Shown here piece after piece: positions 26,440 to 51,743 of a DNA stretch of 64,000 nucleotides. A program made the position numbers and the translations under genes. A model generated the notes under the pieces. The model was given only the letters and a program-made list of their open reading frames with translations, was not told where the DNA came from and did no database searches. The stretch spans positions 282,158 to 346,157 of the forward strand of contig RDEW01000029.1 in assembly GCA_011109175.1 (NCBI GenBank), given 5' to 3'. How positions within the stretch are numbered: the first letter of the stretch is position 1; each line of letters starts with the position of its first letter. Origin of the DNA: Dicyema japonicum (Eukaryota; Animalia; Dicyemida).

Positions 26440-28790
26440 TTTTTTTGGTGAGGTGGTGACGTGCCTCGTTTCTTCTCTGTACAACGGTTAAGAAAAATGT
26501 CTGAAAAACACTCATCATACAATCGAGAACCCAGGCTAATGACGTTCAACGTACGTAGAATATCGAAAGATTGGACAAGGAAAGTACTTTGTGACGATCT
26601 CGAGAAATACAAAATATCTATTGGCTGCCTACAAGAGACGAAAATCGAAAATGGACGCGATGAGACATGGAGCAACTACCGACTGATTCTCTTCCCAACT
26701 GAATGCAAACACTACGGCATGGGATTTTGCCCTACACGTGGATTACCTCAAAAAATTACATCGCTATTGGAGAGTCAACGACCGAATATGTGTCCTACAG
26801 GTCAAACTAAATGAACTATGCCCGTCCAAGAGTCTACTAACCGTCATAAATGTCTATGCACCACACTGTGGACGAGTAATCAAGAACCCCGGTGAACTCG
26901 AGGAATTCTACTCAGAACTATCAAGCACATACTCTAACAATGCTTCCTCGTCTCTTGTCTTTGTTGCGGGAGATATGAATGCAAAGGCCGGAATGCGAAT
27001 GGGGCCCGAAGAATCCTCTATTGGAAGACACGGGCGCGGAAGGAGAAATGCATCTGGAGCCTCTCTGGTAAACTTCTGCGAGGCAAATAGCCTTTTCCTG
27101 TGCAACACGGCCTTTACGCACTCAGCTTGCCACAAGACGACGTGGCACGGACAAAGAAAAAACTCTGTCGGAGAGACCGTGAATATATTATCAAATCGAC
27201 TACATTATCTGCCGAAAGTCGGATAAACACCTGATAAATGATGCACGTTCCCACCAGGGAACAACAACTGACAAAAAAAAAGAGCTTAATATCCAACAAA
27301 GGGAACTAAAGTGGAAAATCAAAAAGATGAACAGAAAACACTCACGGGAAATTATTACATCCCTATTAAAAGATGTGGAATGCCTAAAAGACAATTCAAG
27401 GATGTATGCGGCTGCTGCGGACAAAGAAAGGACAAAACATCCTTCACATCAAAGACAAAGATGGAAAATTCGTGGGTAACCGGAAAGAAAAAGCAGAATT
27501 GATTGCACGACACTTCGAAACACTGTTGAATAAAGAAAATAATGACTTTCCCCCTTTCCAAGGAGAAGCAAAGGCGCTAAAGGGTGTGGCGGATCTATAC
27601 CTACCAGCAAGTCAAAGTGGGTTCCGAGAAGGGAGGTCTACGGCAGACATTGTATGGAGCCACAGATGGCGCTGCGCAACGCACCAAAGATTCAAGAGCG
27701 CAACAACCGTGTTGGGAATAGATCTCTCCAGAGCTTTCGACTCAATAAACAGACAGAAACTGATGAATGTGCTTGAGCAAATATTGGATGAATCGTCGGT
27801 TAGGATAATCAGACTACTACTTGCGAACACAAGACTATCTGTGAGGACAGAAGGAGCAACTTCCCGCAGTTTCAAAACAACGATTGGGACACCCCAGGGT
27901 GATTCCCTCTCCCCTTTACTATTCACCATATACCTTGAATCTGCACTCCGCGACCTCCGTAAATGCTATATAGGAGACAGAAGAGACATCTTATTCGGAT
28001 GAAGTGGATTTTGTATCACGGGACGTAACCGAACTCCAACACCTACTAGAAAATGCACCTGCGGAGCTAGAGAAATGGTTTCTCAGCGTAAATGTAAACA
28101 AAACTGAAATTACGGAAATCAAAAGAGAGGACGATATTACTCATGAAAGATGGAGACGTACCAATAAGGCTCGGCTCTCTACTAGGAGACGCTGAAGATG
28201 TACTAAGGAGGAAAACACTGGCAAATGCGGCAATGGCTAAACTGAAGAAAGGATGGCTAAAGGCCAAAGGACTTGGAATTGACATCAGATGCAGGCTTTA
28301 CAACGCGTTTGTGAAACCGATCCTACTGTATAACGCTGGGACATGGGGAAGTTCCTTCAAAGAACTATCAAAACTGGATTCGTTCCATAGAAGGCAACTA
28401 AGAAGCTTACTCGGAATGGAGTGGCCACGTAGAATATCAACCACTGGTATCTACAACAAGTGTATGTGTTCTTACATCAGCAAGGATGTGATAGATGCCC
28501 GGTGGAGGCTATTTGGGCATGTACTAAGAATGAACCCGGACGCACCCGCTAACAAAGCGATGGAAGATTACTTTGACAGATGCGAAAAACCCTTCCGCGG
28601 ACGACCTAGATCGACACTTCCGACAGCCCTAAACAAAGACTTAAATCGTGTGAAAAAATCTAAAGACGGGAGACGACCTGGACGAATTGAGATCACTCGC
28701 ATTCGACAGAGGAAGATGGAAAAGACTAACTATAAATATTGTTTCTTTGAGTGTTGCACATGCGGGGCTATAATCATTATGGCTTTCGTG
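26440..28790 (+). mobile_element. RTE-clade LINE, degenerate copy 2
   Basis: Near-identical to reverse complement of 1870-4775 with different deletions; ORF start MSEKHSSYNREPRLMTFNVR, GCLQETK, QSGFREGRST. Confidence 0.9.
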
Positions 28791-28798
28791 AAAGTGCT

Positions 28799-29318
28799 TT
28801 AATAATTGATGTTTCTACTAACATCATCAAGGAGATTGAAGACACTTATGTTAACTTCATCCTTCTGTTTAAAGTACTTCCTCAATGTATAGACAGCATG
28901 CATTGCATCATAGTCTAAAACGACTTGTTCATTATTTTGTTCTCCATCATTAATGCATTCTTTGTCTTCATCATTTTCATCCGAATTTTCCAGGATCTCT
29001 TCATTCTCTGTATACACATAGAGAAGAAACTCATCTTTTGGAATTGGATCATTTATTTGCAGCCTTGACACGAATCCTTGATAAGTTTCAGGCGGAAACT
29101 CGTCATTAATTTCTTCAATAAAATCTTGGGTCCATTTAGCATGTCGAAAACAATTCATTATTGTTGTACTATTCAGCTTTTTTTATTTCTTTACATGCCT
29201 AGGTTGATGATTTTCCGAGTTCAATTTCTTTAGTTTATTGAATTAAAAAAATAAAAATAATAAAAAATGAAAAAAAATAATATTTTTAAAAATGCGACGG
29301 ATTCGAGAGGTTTTACTA
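28799..29318 (-). mobile_element. pogo/Tigger relic, duplicate of 1330-1855
   Basis: Same C-terminal ORF; TIR variant TAGTAAAACCTC ending at 29318. Confidence 0.6.
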
Positions 29319-29389
29319 TATGTCTTTGAAGTTCAAGAATGGAACGTATAGCTTGGGAGGGGGATTGTCTTCAGATGGAGTTTATTTAC

Positions 29390-29780
29390 CGCGGTCTCTT
29401 AAGTGAAGGAAATCGGTAGCCAACAGAAAAGTAACCACCAAAACGGACGTTTCCAGAGATCCGTCAGGTATATCCAAGAAGAAAAGAGGTGGCCTGTCTT
29501 GTGGTCGTCTAGAAGGAAAAGGGTACAGCCATGAAACCGGTGGTCCGATTTGCCATATAGTCTTTTAAATCCGTATGGTGGTCGCAGTGGAGGCTCGACT
29601 AGTGGATACGAACTTTCCACGATAGAAAAGCTTCGTTTCCATGAATGTTCAGCGGCAGAAGTTATAGAAGTTTGTTGATACAAGGGTTTCGATGGCATTA
29701 TTAGAAACCCATTCACAGGTCGCATTGAAAGTCGACTGATTTGGACGATTCAAATTATATCTTCAAGAATCCGTCACTTT
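29390..29780 (-). mobile_element. LINE 3'-end fragment, duplicate of 860-1260
   Basis: Near-identical 108-aa ORF with DLWKRP. Confidence 0.55.
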
Positions 29781-29796
29781 ATGGAAATCCGGCGGA

Positions 29797-32643
29797 TTAT
29801 TATTATTATTTAAGCCAAAGAAACACCGTCTTAACCAATAACTAATATTCAGGTGATCCCGGCATCTCTCAATAATCGGGCCATTTTTTCTCGATGCTCC
29901 GACTGTGATCCCACGCATTTTCTATACGGACGGGGGTCTTTTTCCTTTCCTCTTCTGAAATTGCCTCCAGTTGCCTCTATGATAGACTCGAGTGCTCTGG
30001 GGGCAATTTCTTTATCTGTATATTTTTCTAGTAATTTTTTGCTCTTGACTGGATATCTTGAATTTTTGTTAGGTTCGTTGCCGACAGGTTAGATCCCCAT
30101 GCAGCACATGCATAGCCTATTGTTGGCTCGACATACTGCTTGTAGAGGGTCCCGATACCTGGCGGATAAATTCCTCCACAGTTCCAAAGGAAGGCCTTTA
30201 CAAAATTGATCTTCTTTGCACAGGTTGATATGATAGATTCCACATGGGCTGAGAAGCAGAGGAAAGTATCAAAAGTTACTCCCAGTATCTTCTGCGATTT
30301 CTTTTGTGGTATAGGTACTCCATTTAACGTGACATCAATTGTTTGCGTTCCCATCTTTCTATTCTTAGTAAATAGAGTGACTGCTGACTTTTCGGAACAT
30401 GCATTTAATCGATTCTCGCACAACCATCCAAATATGTTATTTAGTATTCCTTGTAGTCTTTCTTAGCATGTTCGACGTTTACGTCTCTAGATGCGACAAC
30501 TATGTCATCGGCATAGGAAAGTAGCATGTCATTATTATTCATAGGTACGGGGAGATCACTCAAAAACAAATTAAAAAGGATTGGTGACAGAGGAGATCCT
30601 TGGGGTACACCATTGGGTAATAATCCCGATCTGGAACTCTTGTTTCCGACGGATACTTTCCCTCGGCGTCCACTTACGAAATTTGCTAACCATAACTTTA
30701 ATGGTGCATCAATTTTTGTCAAAAATATTTTTCGTATGAGGATCTTCCTTGGGACAGAGTCGAAAGCTTTTTGAATGTCGATCGTACATATGACCGATTT
30801 TTCCTGTTTTGGCTTGTTCTTGTGTCCTTCAGTTATGAACTTCATTAATGTTGTTAGGAAGGAGGTTGTTGATAATCCTTCCTTGAAGCCATGTTGGAAT
30901 GTAGGTTGTGGGAGAAAAGGGCGAATAACTTTTAGGACCAGTTTCTCCAGGATCCTCGGCAAAACACATATAAGGGAAACTGGTCTGTAAGAGCCGGGAT
31001 CGTTCTTCGGTCTTCCCGGCTTCAATATTGGTCGAATTTTTGATAGTTTCCATAAAGTCGGTATGGTATTTATGTTCAGCGATGTGTTGTAGATGATTGT
31101 TAATGCATTTATTGATGCTGGGCCCAAGTGTTTCAGCAGAATAAGAGGAATTCCGTCTGGGCCACATGAGTTTGTTTTTTTCTGATTTGATATTGCTTTG
31201 GATACATCTTTAGGGAGAAAATAAATCAGCGGGGCAAATTTGGATGGCTTTCTCTTTATTTTCGTTTGTGTGTTAATCTTTTTATAAGGAATGTGACTGA
31301 TTCGAATACAATGTTTCTTCAGATTGAGCTGGCATTGTTCTTTGTTATCTTCGTATTCTGGGTTCTTCAGACGCCTCAACATCTTCCACATGTTGGAAAT
31401 TGAGGTCTGGTTATTCATGGCAGCAGAGATTCGCATGAGTTTCTTTGTGTGTTGTTTGTGCTTTTCGTGATAAGAATGTTTAGTGACCTGATTCGATTAA
31501 TAACCTCTCGTGAACGATGTATCATTTTCTTAAGGTTGTTTCTTTCCATAATTATTTTCCTTGCTTTTGAGTCGTATTTCAATTTTTCGTTTTTTATATA
31601 TGCTTTTCTGATAAAAATATTTCTCCGTCAATGATTATTTTGTTGAAATAGTATACAGCTTTGTCTATGGAGGAGAAATTTTCAGTTGGAAATGTTGCAG
31701 TTTTGAATCAACGAAATTTGTAAAGCCAGTCCAATTTGCATTTTTGTAATCATAGAAATGAATAGGCTTCGGTACAAAGCGTGGCTCGCAGTTCAGCTTC
31801 ATTAACATTGAATGGTGGTCGCTCCGGAGGTCATAACGGACCGTCCAATTAATGATCGGGAAAGACGAGGTGAGCAGACGGATAAGTCCGGAGATGTCAC
31901 CATGTCCTTCGTGTTGTATGGTGTCCTAGTGTTCTTTTCGGGTTGTTGATGATTATTAAGTTTTGCATTTAGGATAATAGCAGGTTTCCTCTGTTATCAG
32001 TGGATTGGTAGCGGAACCAAGAAGGGTGCTTCGCATTCAGGTCTCCACATAAAAGCAAGTTCTCCAGTTTGTCCAAGGTAGATAAGTCAAAGAAGAAATT
32101 TTTCTTGCAGGAGCCAGGAGGAGGAACATAAACATTCGCAATTTCAATTTTTCCAATGGAAGTTATAACAGAGATTCCAATTATCTCCGTGTTCGAGTCT
32201 TCCATTAAGCTCTTGTAAAGAGAAGGGTTCTCGAGGTATTTTATTCCTTTTCTCACAAGAGTCAGTAGACCCCCTCCTTGAACAGATGGGCGGTCGGATC
32301 TTACTGTGTTGTATCCGTTAAAGAGAGGAGTAGGAATGTTATTTGAAAGTTTCGTTTCCTGGAGAAGGCAGATCTCCACTCTGTTCCTCTCCAAGAATAA
32401 GGAAAGTTCGGCAATTTTTCCTCTGATCCCGTTTATGTTTAAGCTTTGGATTGTTAACTTCTTTGGGCCTGGGTTTTGTTCCACGTCTCCTGAAGTCAAC
32501 AGTCTCAATCGATAGAATGTTCCAACAGTGAGAAAATGCCGTCAGTGGGAAGTTCTCTGGTTGGTAGAGAGCAAATGGTTCTTTTTAGATATAGTTTAGG
32601 ACTATATCCGACGCCACCAGAAACGGTGAACCACATGACGCAC
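29797..32643 (-). mobile_element. Full-span Ingi/Vingi-like LINE: 5' ribozyme, 2A motif, APE, RT, (TAA)n tail; no RNase H seen
   Basis: GDVEQNPGP, SLNINGI, ICLLQETK, NVYVPP, CGDLNAKHPSW; RT SCGPDGIP, YRPVSL, QHGF, DIQKAFDSV, GVPQGSPLSP, YADD; a few frameshifts. Clade is inferred from architecture. Confidence 0.85.
32576..32642 (-). ncRNA. HDV-like ribozyme fold at LINE 5' end
   Basis: P1 GCGUC(A)/(U)GGCGU, P2 UGGUUC/GAACCA, P3 ACC/GGU, GG after P1, P4 AUAUAGU/ACUAUAU, J4/2 CUAAAAA. Confidence 0.65.
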
Positions 32644-32819
32644 GGTAAAATTATGATTTGTTTAATGCATGAAGTTTATGGATTTTGTTTATTTCACTTT
32701 TTTAAAAATTATTTATTAGAATCTCCAACCCCTCCATAACAAATACAAACTGAACTGCATTTTTAAGCAAAGCCATATAGCTTCTCCCAGTCAGGACACA
32801 CACCTTATTAAAAATCAGT

Positions 32820-33055
32820 GATCATAACTAATCGATGTGGGAGAACCTAGGAATGATCTTCACTTCTTTTTTCTTTACGTTGGGTGTCATGGTGTATGTC
32901 CTTTATAGACGTGAAATGTTCAATGATGGCGTCTTAACTCGTCAAAGCATCGTAGATGCCTGGAACCTTCAACCGGAATGTAGTAGCGAGATTCGAACTA
33001 GGTGCCATCAGGCATCTTGCCAGGGACTCGTCACACTGCGCCACCTGTACTGATT
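32820..33055 (-). mobile_element. tRNA-derived SINE copy 2
   Basis: A box TGGCGCAGTG, B box AGTTCGAATC; shared GAAGGTTCCA..CATCTACGATG, TTTGACGAGT..GACGCC and AAGAAAAAGAAGTGAAGATCATTCCT with 24664-24897. Confidence 0.7.
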
Positions 33056-33131
33056 TAGCAAAAAATATTTAAAAACCAGTAATTAATTCAATTCATTTAT
33101 TTAACAGAAATTAATAGAATTTTATTAAAAA

Positions 33132-34327
33132 TCATAAAATTTTATATTTATCAATAATGTACTGAGGCAAGCAATAAATTGGATTAATTTTCTTCAGATT
33201 ATCATCCCCAACAAAGCCAAACCCGCCAATCCAAATAAGGTATGATATGGATCAGCCTGAATAATAAATTTAAATGAGACTACCTGATTTCCAGGAACAT
33301 CAGCTATTCCCCCGGTCCCCGAATTCTGAGACGCAAATATGAAGTTCTTCAAAGATCCCCAAAATCAAAAAAAGACAACTTTATCAATCCAATCGATTTT
33401 TCCAATAATCGACAAAGACGACAGAACCCACCAAGAATAACAGACGTCCGGCATTTTCTCAGGTCTTCCTATACAATAAAACCTGACTGCAGACCATTTA
33501 GTCCCCAGAAGGAAGCTGGCGTCCCTTCAGCCACATGGCCAAAGAGGGAATGTCAACATAATGTAGAGCCTTGAGAATCGCTAAAGTAGCCAAACAGCAG
33601 TATATCTCAAATACCCAAATCCAGCAAACCTGTCCCCCATGTGACTCACTCCCAGGAAGTGACCCAAAACCCCCGTCAAAATTACAGCAAGACAGAATAT
33701 AACTCACAGTAAGTTTAGTGTCCACCAAGTCAAGTCTTCCCTAGTAATTTAAAAATATGAGCTACAATTAAGGATAACGTGGCAACCGCACAGAATGTGA
33801 TTCTCGAATCTGCCTCCCCTACATCAGACAAATGAATTACCCCATTGGTCTACCATGTAACTGCCGTCACATACCCTCATCTGAGAAACAAAATTAGAGA
33901 GATCACTAAAATCAAATTCCTGGACAAAATCATGGATCAAAATAATCTAAAATGAATAAGGCACCACCTGGACGGCACTGAGAGTGGAGATCAGGTTTGC
34001 CTTGTGATGTGGATGTGCAGAGAATCCACCGCACGTTTTTTGACAGCTTTTCAGATAATTGAGGATATCAGATCTTGAAATTTTATCCAAACATCCCATC
34101 AAATCAAGTGCAGTAAGGGACCAGTACATTCCACTAACTCTAATAGACTGGGCTACGTTGTACTCCTATTAGGTGAGACGTTAAGGGTACATAATAATCA
34201 ATTTCTCTCCCATAATTTAGCAAAAAGTTGACATGTTTTTCATAAATCACTGATTTGGCAAATTCTTTAGGAATACTCACGTCCTTTCGGTTGAACGCCT
34301 AGGACTTTAAACACCACAAACAACCAT
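33132..34327 (-). CDS. RABGGTB: Rab geranylgeranyltransferase type II beta subunit (multi-exon)
   Basis: [64 protein letters not shown]; two apparent 1-nt deletions. Confidence 0.9.
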
Positions 34328-36257
34328 TAGGATTTAAATTTTTTTTAATTAAAAAATGTTTATTTGTCAGAGAAATCTAACATATATTTTTGAGATTTTG
34401 TTCTGTTAAATTTCAAATATTAAGAATCACATAATCGGTTGAAGGATTCGTTTCTGCCCTGTGCCTTTTTCAAATCCTAAGAAGTGCCAGTAAATCCACC
34501 TTTCTCAGGAGACACCTGGCAGACATACAAAAAGGATATATTGCTTTTCTACTCAACCGGAAGGGCTCCCACAAGGGCGGATATGGATAGATGTCTGCTT
34601 GGACAGGATGCGTTTCACTTTGACCGATATACCTTAATCAAGGGTTAACTCAACCTCTTTCCGAGGTTATTAAATAAATAACCATCGTTGACCAGATACT
34701 TGGTCGAATGGTTGGGGGTGTTGGTGTAGCTCTGATGCACAAGACATAGCTCTAGTACAATTAATGTCTTCATCTCCTCAAGTTGGATGTACCATCTCTT
34801 CCACTTTTTTATTGGATCGAGAGAGATCGAAAACCAATAGTTTTGAAATGAAGGTGCACAAATGTGGGTTCGAATATCATATAGTCAAATTAGAAGAACT
34901 TGAATACGTCTCCCTTATGAGAAACAAGGGGCTCATAAAAATACCTTAATGTCTTCAATATAATAAATAAAATGTCTTTCCGGAGACAAATCTTACTAAA
35001 AAAGCTTTAAAAAGTCGGTAAAGATGAAATTTTATATTTTTCTTATTAAATTTGTGATTTTTCCTCTTCTGGATGCAGTTGCAACTGTGTGGGCCTTTTA
35101 CAGTACTCCGAAGTTAGTGTGACATCATGCGGTTCACTAGTAGCTTCTTTTTAATCACCAAGATTCGGCAACTCAGGCCTCCTGTGAGTTCATAGCCTGT
35201 TCTTCTCTCTGTGAGAACACTGATGACCTTATTTTTCGTTATTTGAGGTTCCTGAGGTCAGAACAAGCCATGTGTACGAAGAAATTGTTAACAATTCTCT
35301 GATTATTCAGGTTCCCCCCATTTCGCTAATTCAGGAGAAACAGAGGATTAACACGATTGGAGAGATCATGACGTATAGTCGGATGGAGTCTGTTTCGCTG
35401 TATTTAGGGGGTAGTTAACTTCGACAATCCTAGAATATCCCTTTTTGGTAGACATTTAGAGGAGAATCTTTATGTTCAGTCTGTTGGTGTAACGGGCTTT
35501 TGAACTAAATTGACACTGATCTAGAAGAACCTGTGAATTCACATAAAGCATAACGGATATCGGTGAACAGTGATTATTTTTGAATGCTAGAAATATTGAG
35601 TTATCATTTTTTGTCAGGACTCGAAATTTTAGCATTATTTTTGAGTAACACATCAATCGAATCGACAATACCGAGCATGGACGCCAACAATAATGGAGTC
35701 CTTCCTACAAGGTCTTTTGCTTCAATATCCCATTCACTAAAAAATTAAGTGTTATAAACTTTTAAAGTAAAACTTGAATATTTTTCAGTTTGTCAAAAAT
35801 AGCAGCAACATGAAGGGCGGTTTCATGCCTTGAATTTGTAAAATTCTGCACTGAGTTAGTTGACATTGGAAAATTGATAATTTCCGATGAATTTCCCTTT
35901 GCCGCCAAATGAATTGGGTGATTTCCATCGTAGGAAGTCAGTGACATGTCTGACCCCCAGGACGCAAGCATTTTGACCAAATTAATGTTCTCTTTTTCTA
36001 TAGCTAAATCTTGGGGGAGAATTATTTTCATCATTTTTCGAATGTAAAATCTATATTTTCATAACAAGTGAACTGTTTTTAAGTTTTTTGGATCCTTTTT
36101 CTTTGACCGATTTTAGAAAGAGTTCACATGCTTCTTTGTTTTGCTTACGAACGGCAAGATGCAATGGAGTACGTGAGGACATATTGTAAGAAACTTTGCA
36201 TTTTTATTAACAAGAATCTTTGTTATATTGTAATTGCCGCAAAATACTGCTAAATGA

Positions 36258-36491
36258 TTTATTTATTAACCCCGGATACACCGAGAAAGAAGTTAAAGTA
36301 AACAACTAATTAAGTGTATCCAGTTTCCACTTCTACAGAAATAGAGTCCATCCGGAATCAGCATAAAAGGTAAAAGACGTCCATACTTGCAGTTGTGGAA
36401 ACCCCTCCAGTTGAGTGGGGGAGAGCAAATGATCCTTTTTCGTGCCGGCCTGGCATTGGGCGCCACCTAGAAAGGTGGATCACATGACGCC
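36258..36491 (-). mobile_element. 234-bp ribozyme-headed non-autonomous retroelement (RIME/SIDER-like) with 12-bp TSD
   Basis: ACTGCTAAATGA at 36246-36257 and 36492-36503; 5' GGCGTCATG; 3' CCGGGGTTAAT(AAAT)n; near-identical partner at 61829-61997. Confidence 0.85.
36430..36491 (-). ncRNA. HDV-like ribozyme fold
   Basis: P1 GGCGUC/GGCGCC, P2 UGAUCC/GGAUCA, P3 ACC/GGU, P4 UGCC/GGCA, J4/2 CGAAAAA. Confidence 0.65.
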
Positions 36492-37329
36492 ACTGCTAAA
36501 TGACCGGAGTCATCCCTTCGACATTTTTTAACTAAAAGTAATCTCATGTGAATACTTCCAAGGAAATGTTACAGGATCTTAAAAGAAATTTCAAATAATA
36601 TTCATTGTCCATCAGCACACAGTGATGGATAACTCCTCGTCCTGCAAAAATCATATTGGGCTTAAATTTGTTTAAACTTTTTTGAACGTCATTTTATAGT
36701 CTTAGAGATAAGGGGTACTTGTTTGTCCAAGTCATCGCATTCAATCTAGCAAACACCATTAATGGCGTAATACCCTTCTTACCTCGACAGTTGACGTCTT
36801 TTAGTATAAATATGTGAAACCTACTCCATATCCTAGCAGAATGTTAACTTCTTTGGAATTGTTATATTTAACTGCATAATGAAGAAGACTTTGACTGGTG
36901 TGACTGTAGCTGTACAATCTCCCTATTAGTTCTTGTGACATTCCGTAGGACATTTTCCGAAGACAGTCGTATTATTCATTTCCATCTCTGATTAACTACC
37001 TACCATTCAAAGCTATACTTTGTGTAGTAGCCAAAACTTCAAACAACGATAAATAGAATATAAAAAGCGCAAAAAATTATTATTAAAAAACACACTCAAA
37101 ATACCACGTGGCGTTTGAAACAATCAAATTATTCATCAGCTAAATCTTTGAATGTCCGAAGATAGAGTCACTTTGTCACATCTTCAAGTCTTCTAGTGTT
37201 GAGGGCTATGAAAGTTAGTTCTTTTTGAACTCTCAAACTAGACATGTGTTCAATAGAGCCATGTCACCACCTCAGCCCAAAAAACACAAAGAAATTAGAT
37301 TAGACAAATAATTTTGAAATTCTTCAATA

Positions 37330-37535
37330 AACAGCAAAATCATAATTTTCAAGTGAAGGAAATCGGTGGCCAACAGATAAGTAACTAGAAGAAGCGGACG
37401 CTCCCAGAGATCGTCAGAAGTATATGCTTTGGCCTAGATCTCGAAGGTGGACTTGGATAAGAGAAGAGGTGGCTTCTGGTCGTTTAGAAGGCAGAAAGTG
37501 TAAATGGTGAAAACCCATTAGAAAACCCATGTGTC
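37330..37535 (-). mobile_element. LINE 3'-end fragment (DLWERP family), third copy
   Basis: SDDLWERPLLLVTYLLATDF; DNA similar to 29405-29520. Confidence 0.55.
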
Positions 37536-37539
37536 GGTT

Positions 37540-38070
37540 CAGGTAACGTCCAGACAAGAGGTTTCCCCGCTTCAATGGGGAAGATGGTCATCCCATCCGG
37601 TCGTCTTCCATCACTTCTGCATAGGGCCAACTGGTTTGAGTATAGAAGGGTATCTGGCAGCAAACAAAGCTCGTCTAATGACTTCGTTCAAGTCCATGTG
37701 TCTGGGAGATTTGCCCGTATTCTTATTGCAGGCGAATGAGTGCAGGGTACCTGACACTCCACTTTTAATGACGTTGAGCCAATGACTTTCGGAAGATACC
37801 CCCGACAGTAAACAAGCATGGCAGTAGTTGGATGACACCAATAGATCTTAAATGACTTTCGGCATACGGCAGACTACGTTCAAATTTCAGGGAAAAACAG
37901 GTAACTACGGCTTAAAGCTTCATATGTGTAGCCGACGTCCTGGTCAGCAGAGAATTCGGAGGTGGAGTGTATAATCCTCTTGACAAGGGTATCACAGGCC
38001 ATCAGGATATGCAGGGTGAGAAATGTCTATAGAACTTCGAATTCCAAGACCGCCGAATCTGACAGATACT
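37540..38070 (-). mobile_element. CRE-like non-LTR retrotransposon restriction-like endonuclease fragment
   Basis: C..C...HSFAC....G...RH..LNEVIRRAL..A..PSILKP.G...DGMTIFP...GKPLVW matches the recalled CRE-clade C-terminus. Confidence 0.6.
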
Positions 38071-38296
38071 GTGACCTGCTTCCATGGTTAATAAATAAAT
38101 TCCGATAGAGAGTACTTTGTGGAGTGTTCCATCTATAGAGTGCATCACCCCCTATCCAACTAATAAAAATTATTTTATATATTTAATTTACTTACAAAAA
38201 TAAAAAATTGTGTTCTTAGGTAACCTGAACTCCAATAAATACATAGTTGCCTAGAGAAACTATAATTCCACCAAATGAAAAGTTTATTCGTATTTT

Positions 38297-51743
<13,447 letters not shown>

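Larger units (their letters stand above)
35420..37010 (-). pseudogene. Ankyrin-repeat gene, interrupted by a SINE-like insertion and with frameshifts
   Basis: SLLHYAVKYNN, KGITPLMVFA, TP.HLAVFCGN, RTPLHLAV, NHPIHLAAKGN, ETALHVAA; boundaries approximate; may be functional if the indels are errors and the insertion is allelic. Confidence 0.55.

Noticed and set aside
27588-27647. RTE deletions as spliced-out introns
   Set aside because: No register gives GT-AG ends that reproduce the observed junctions.
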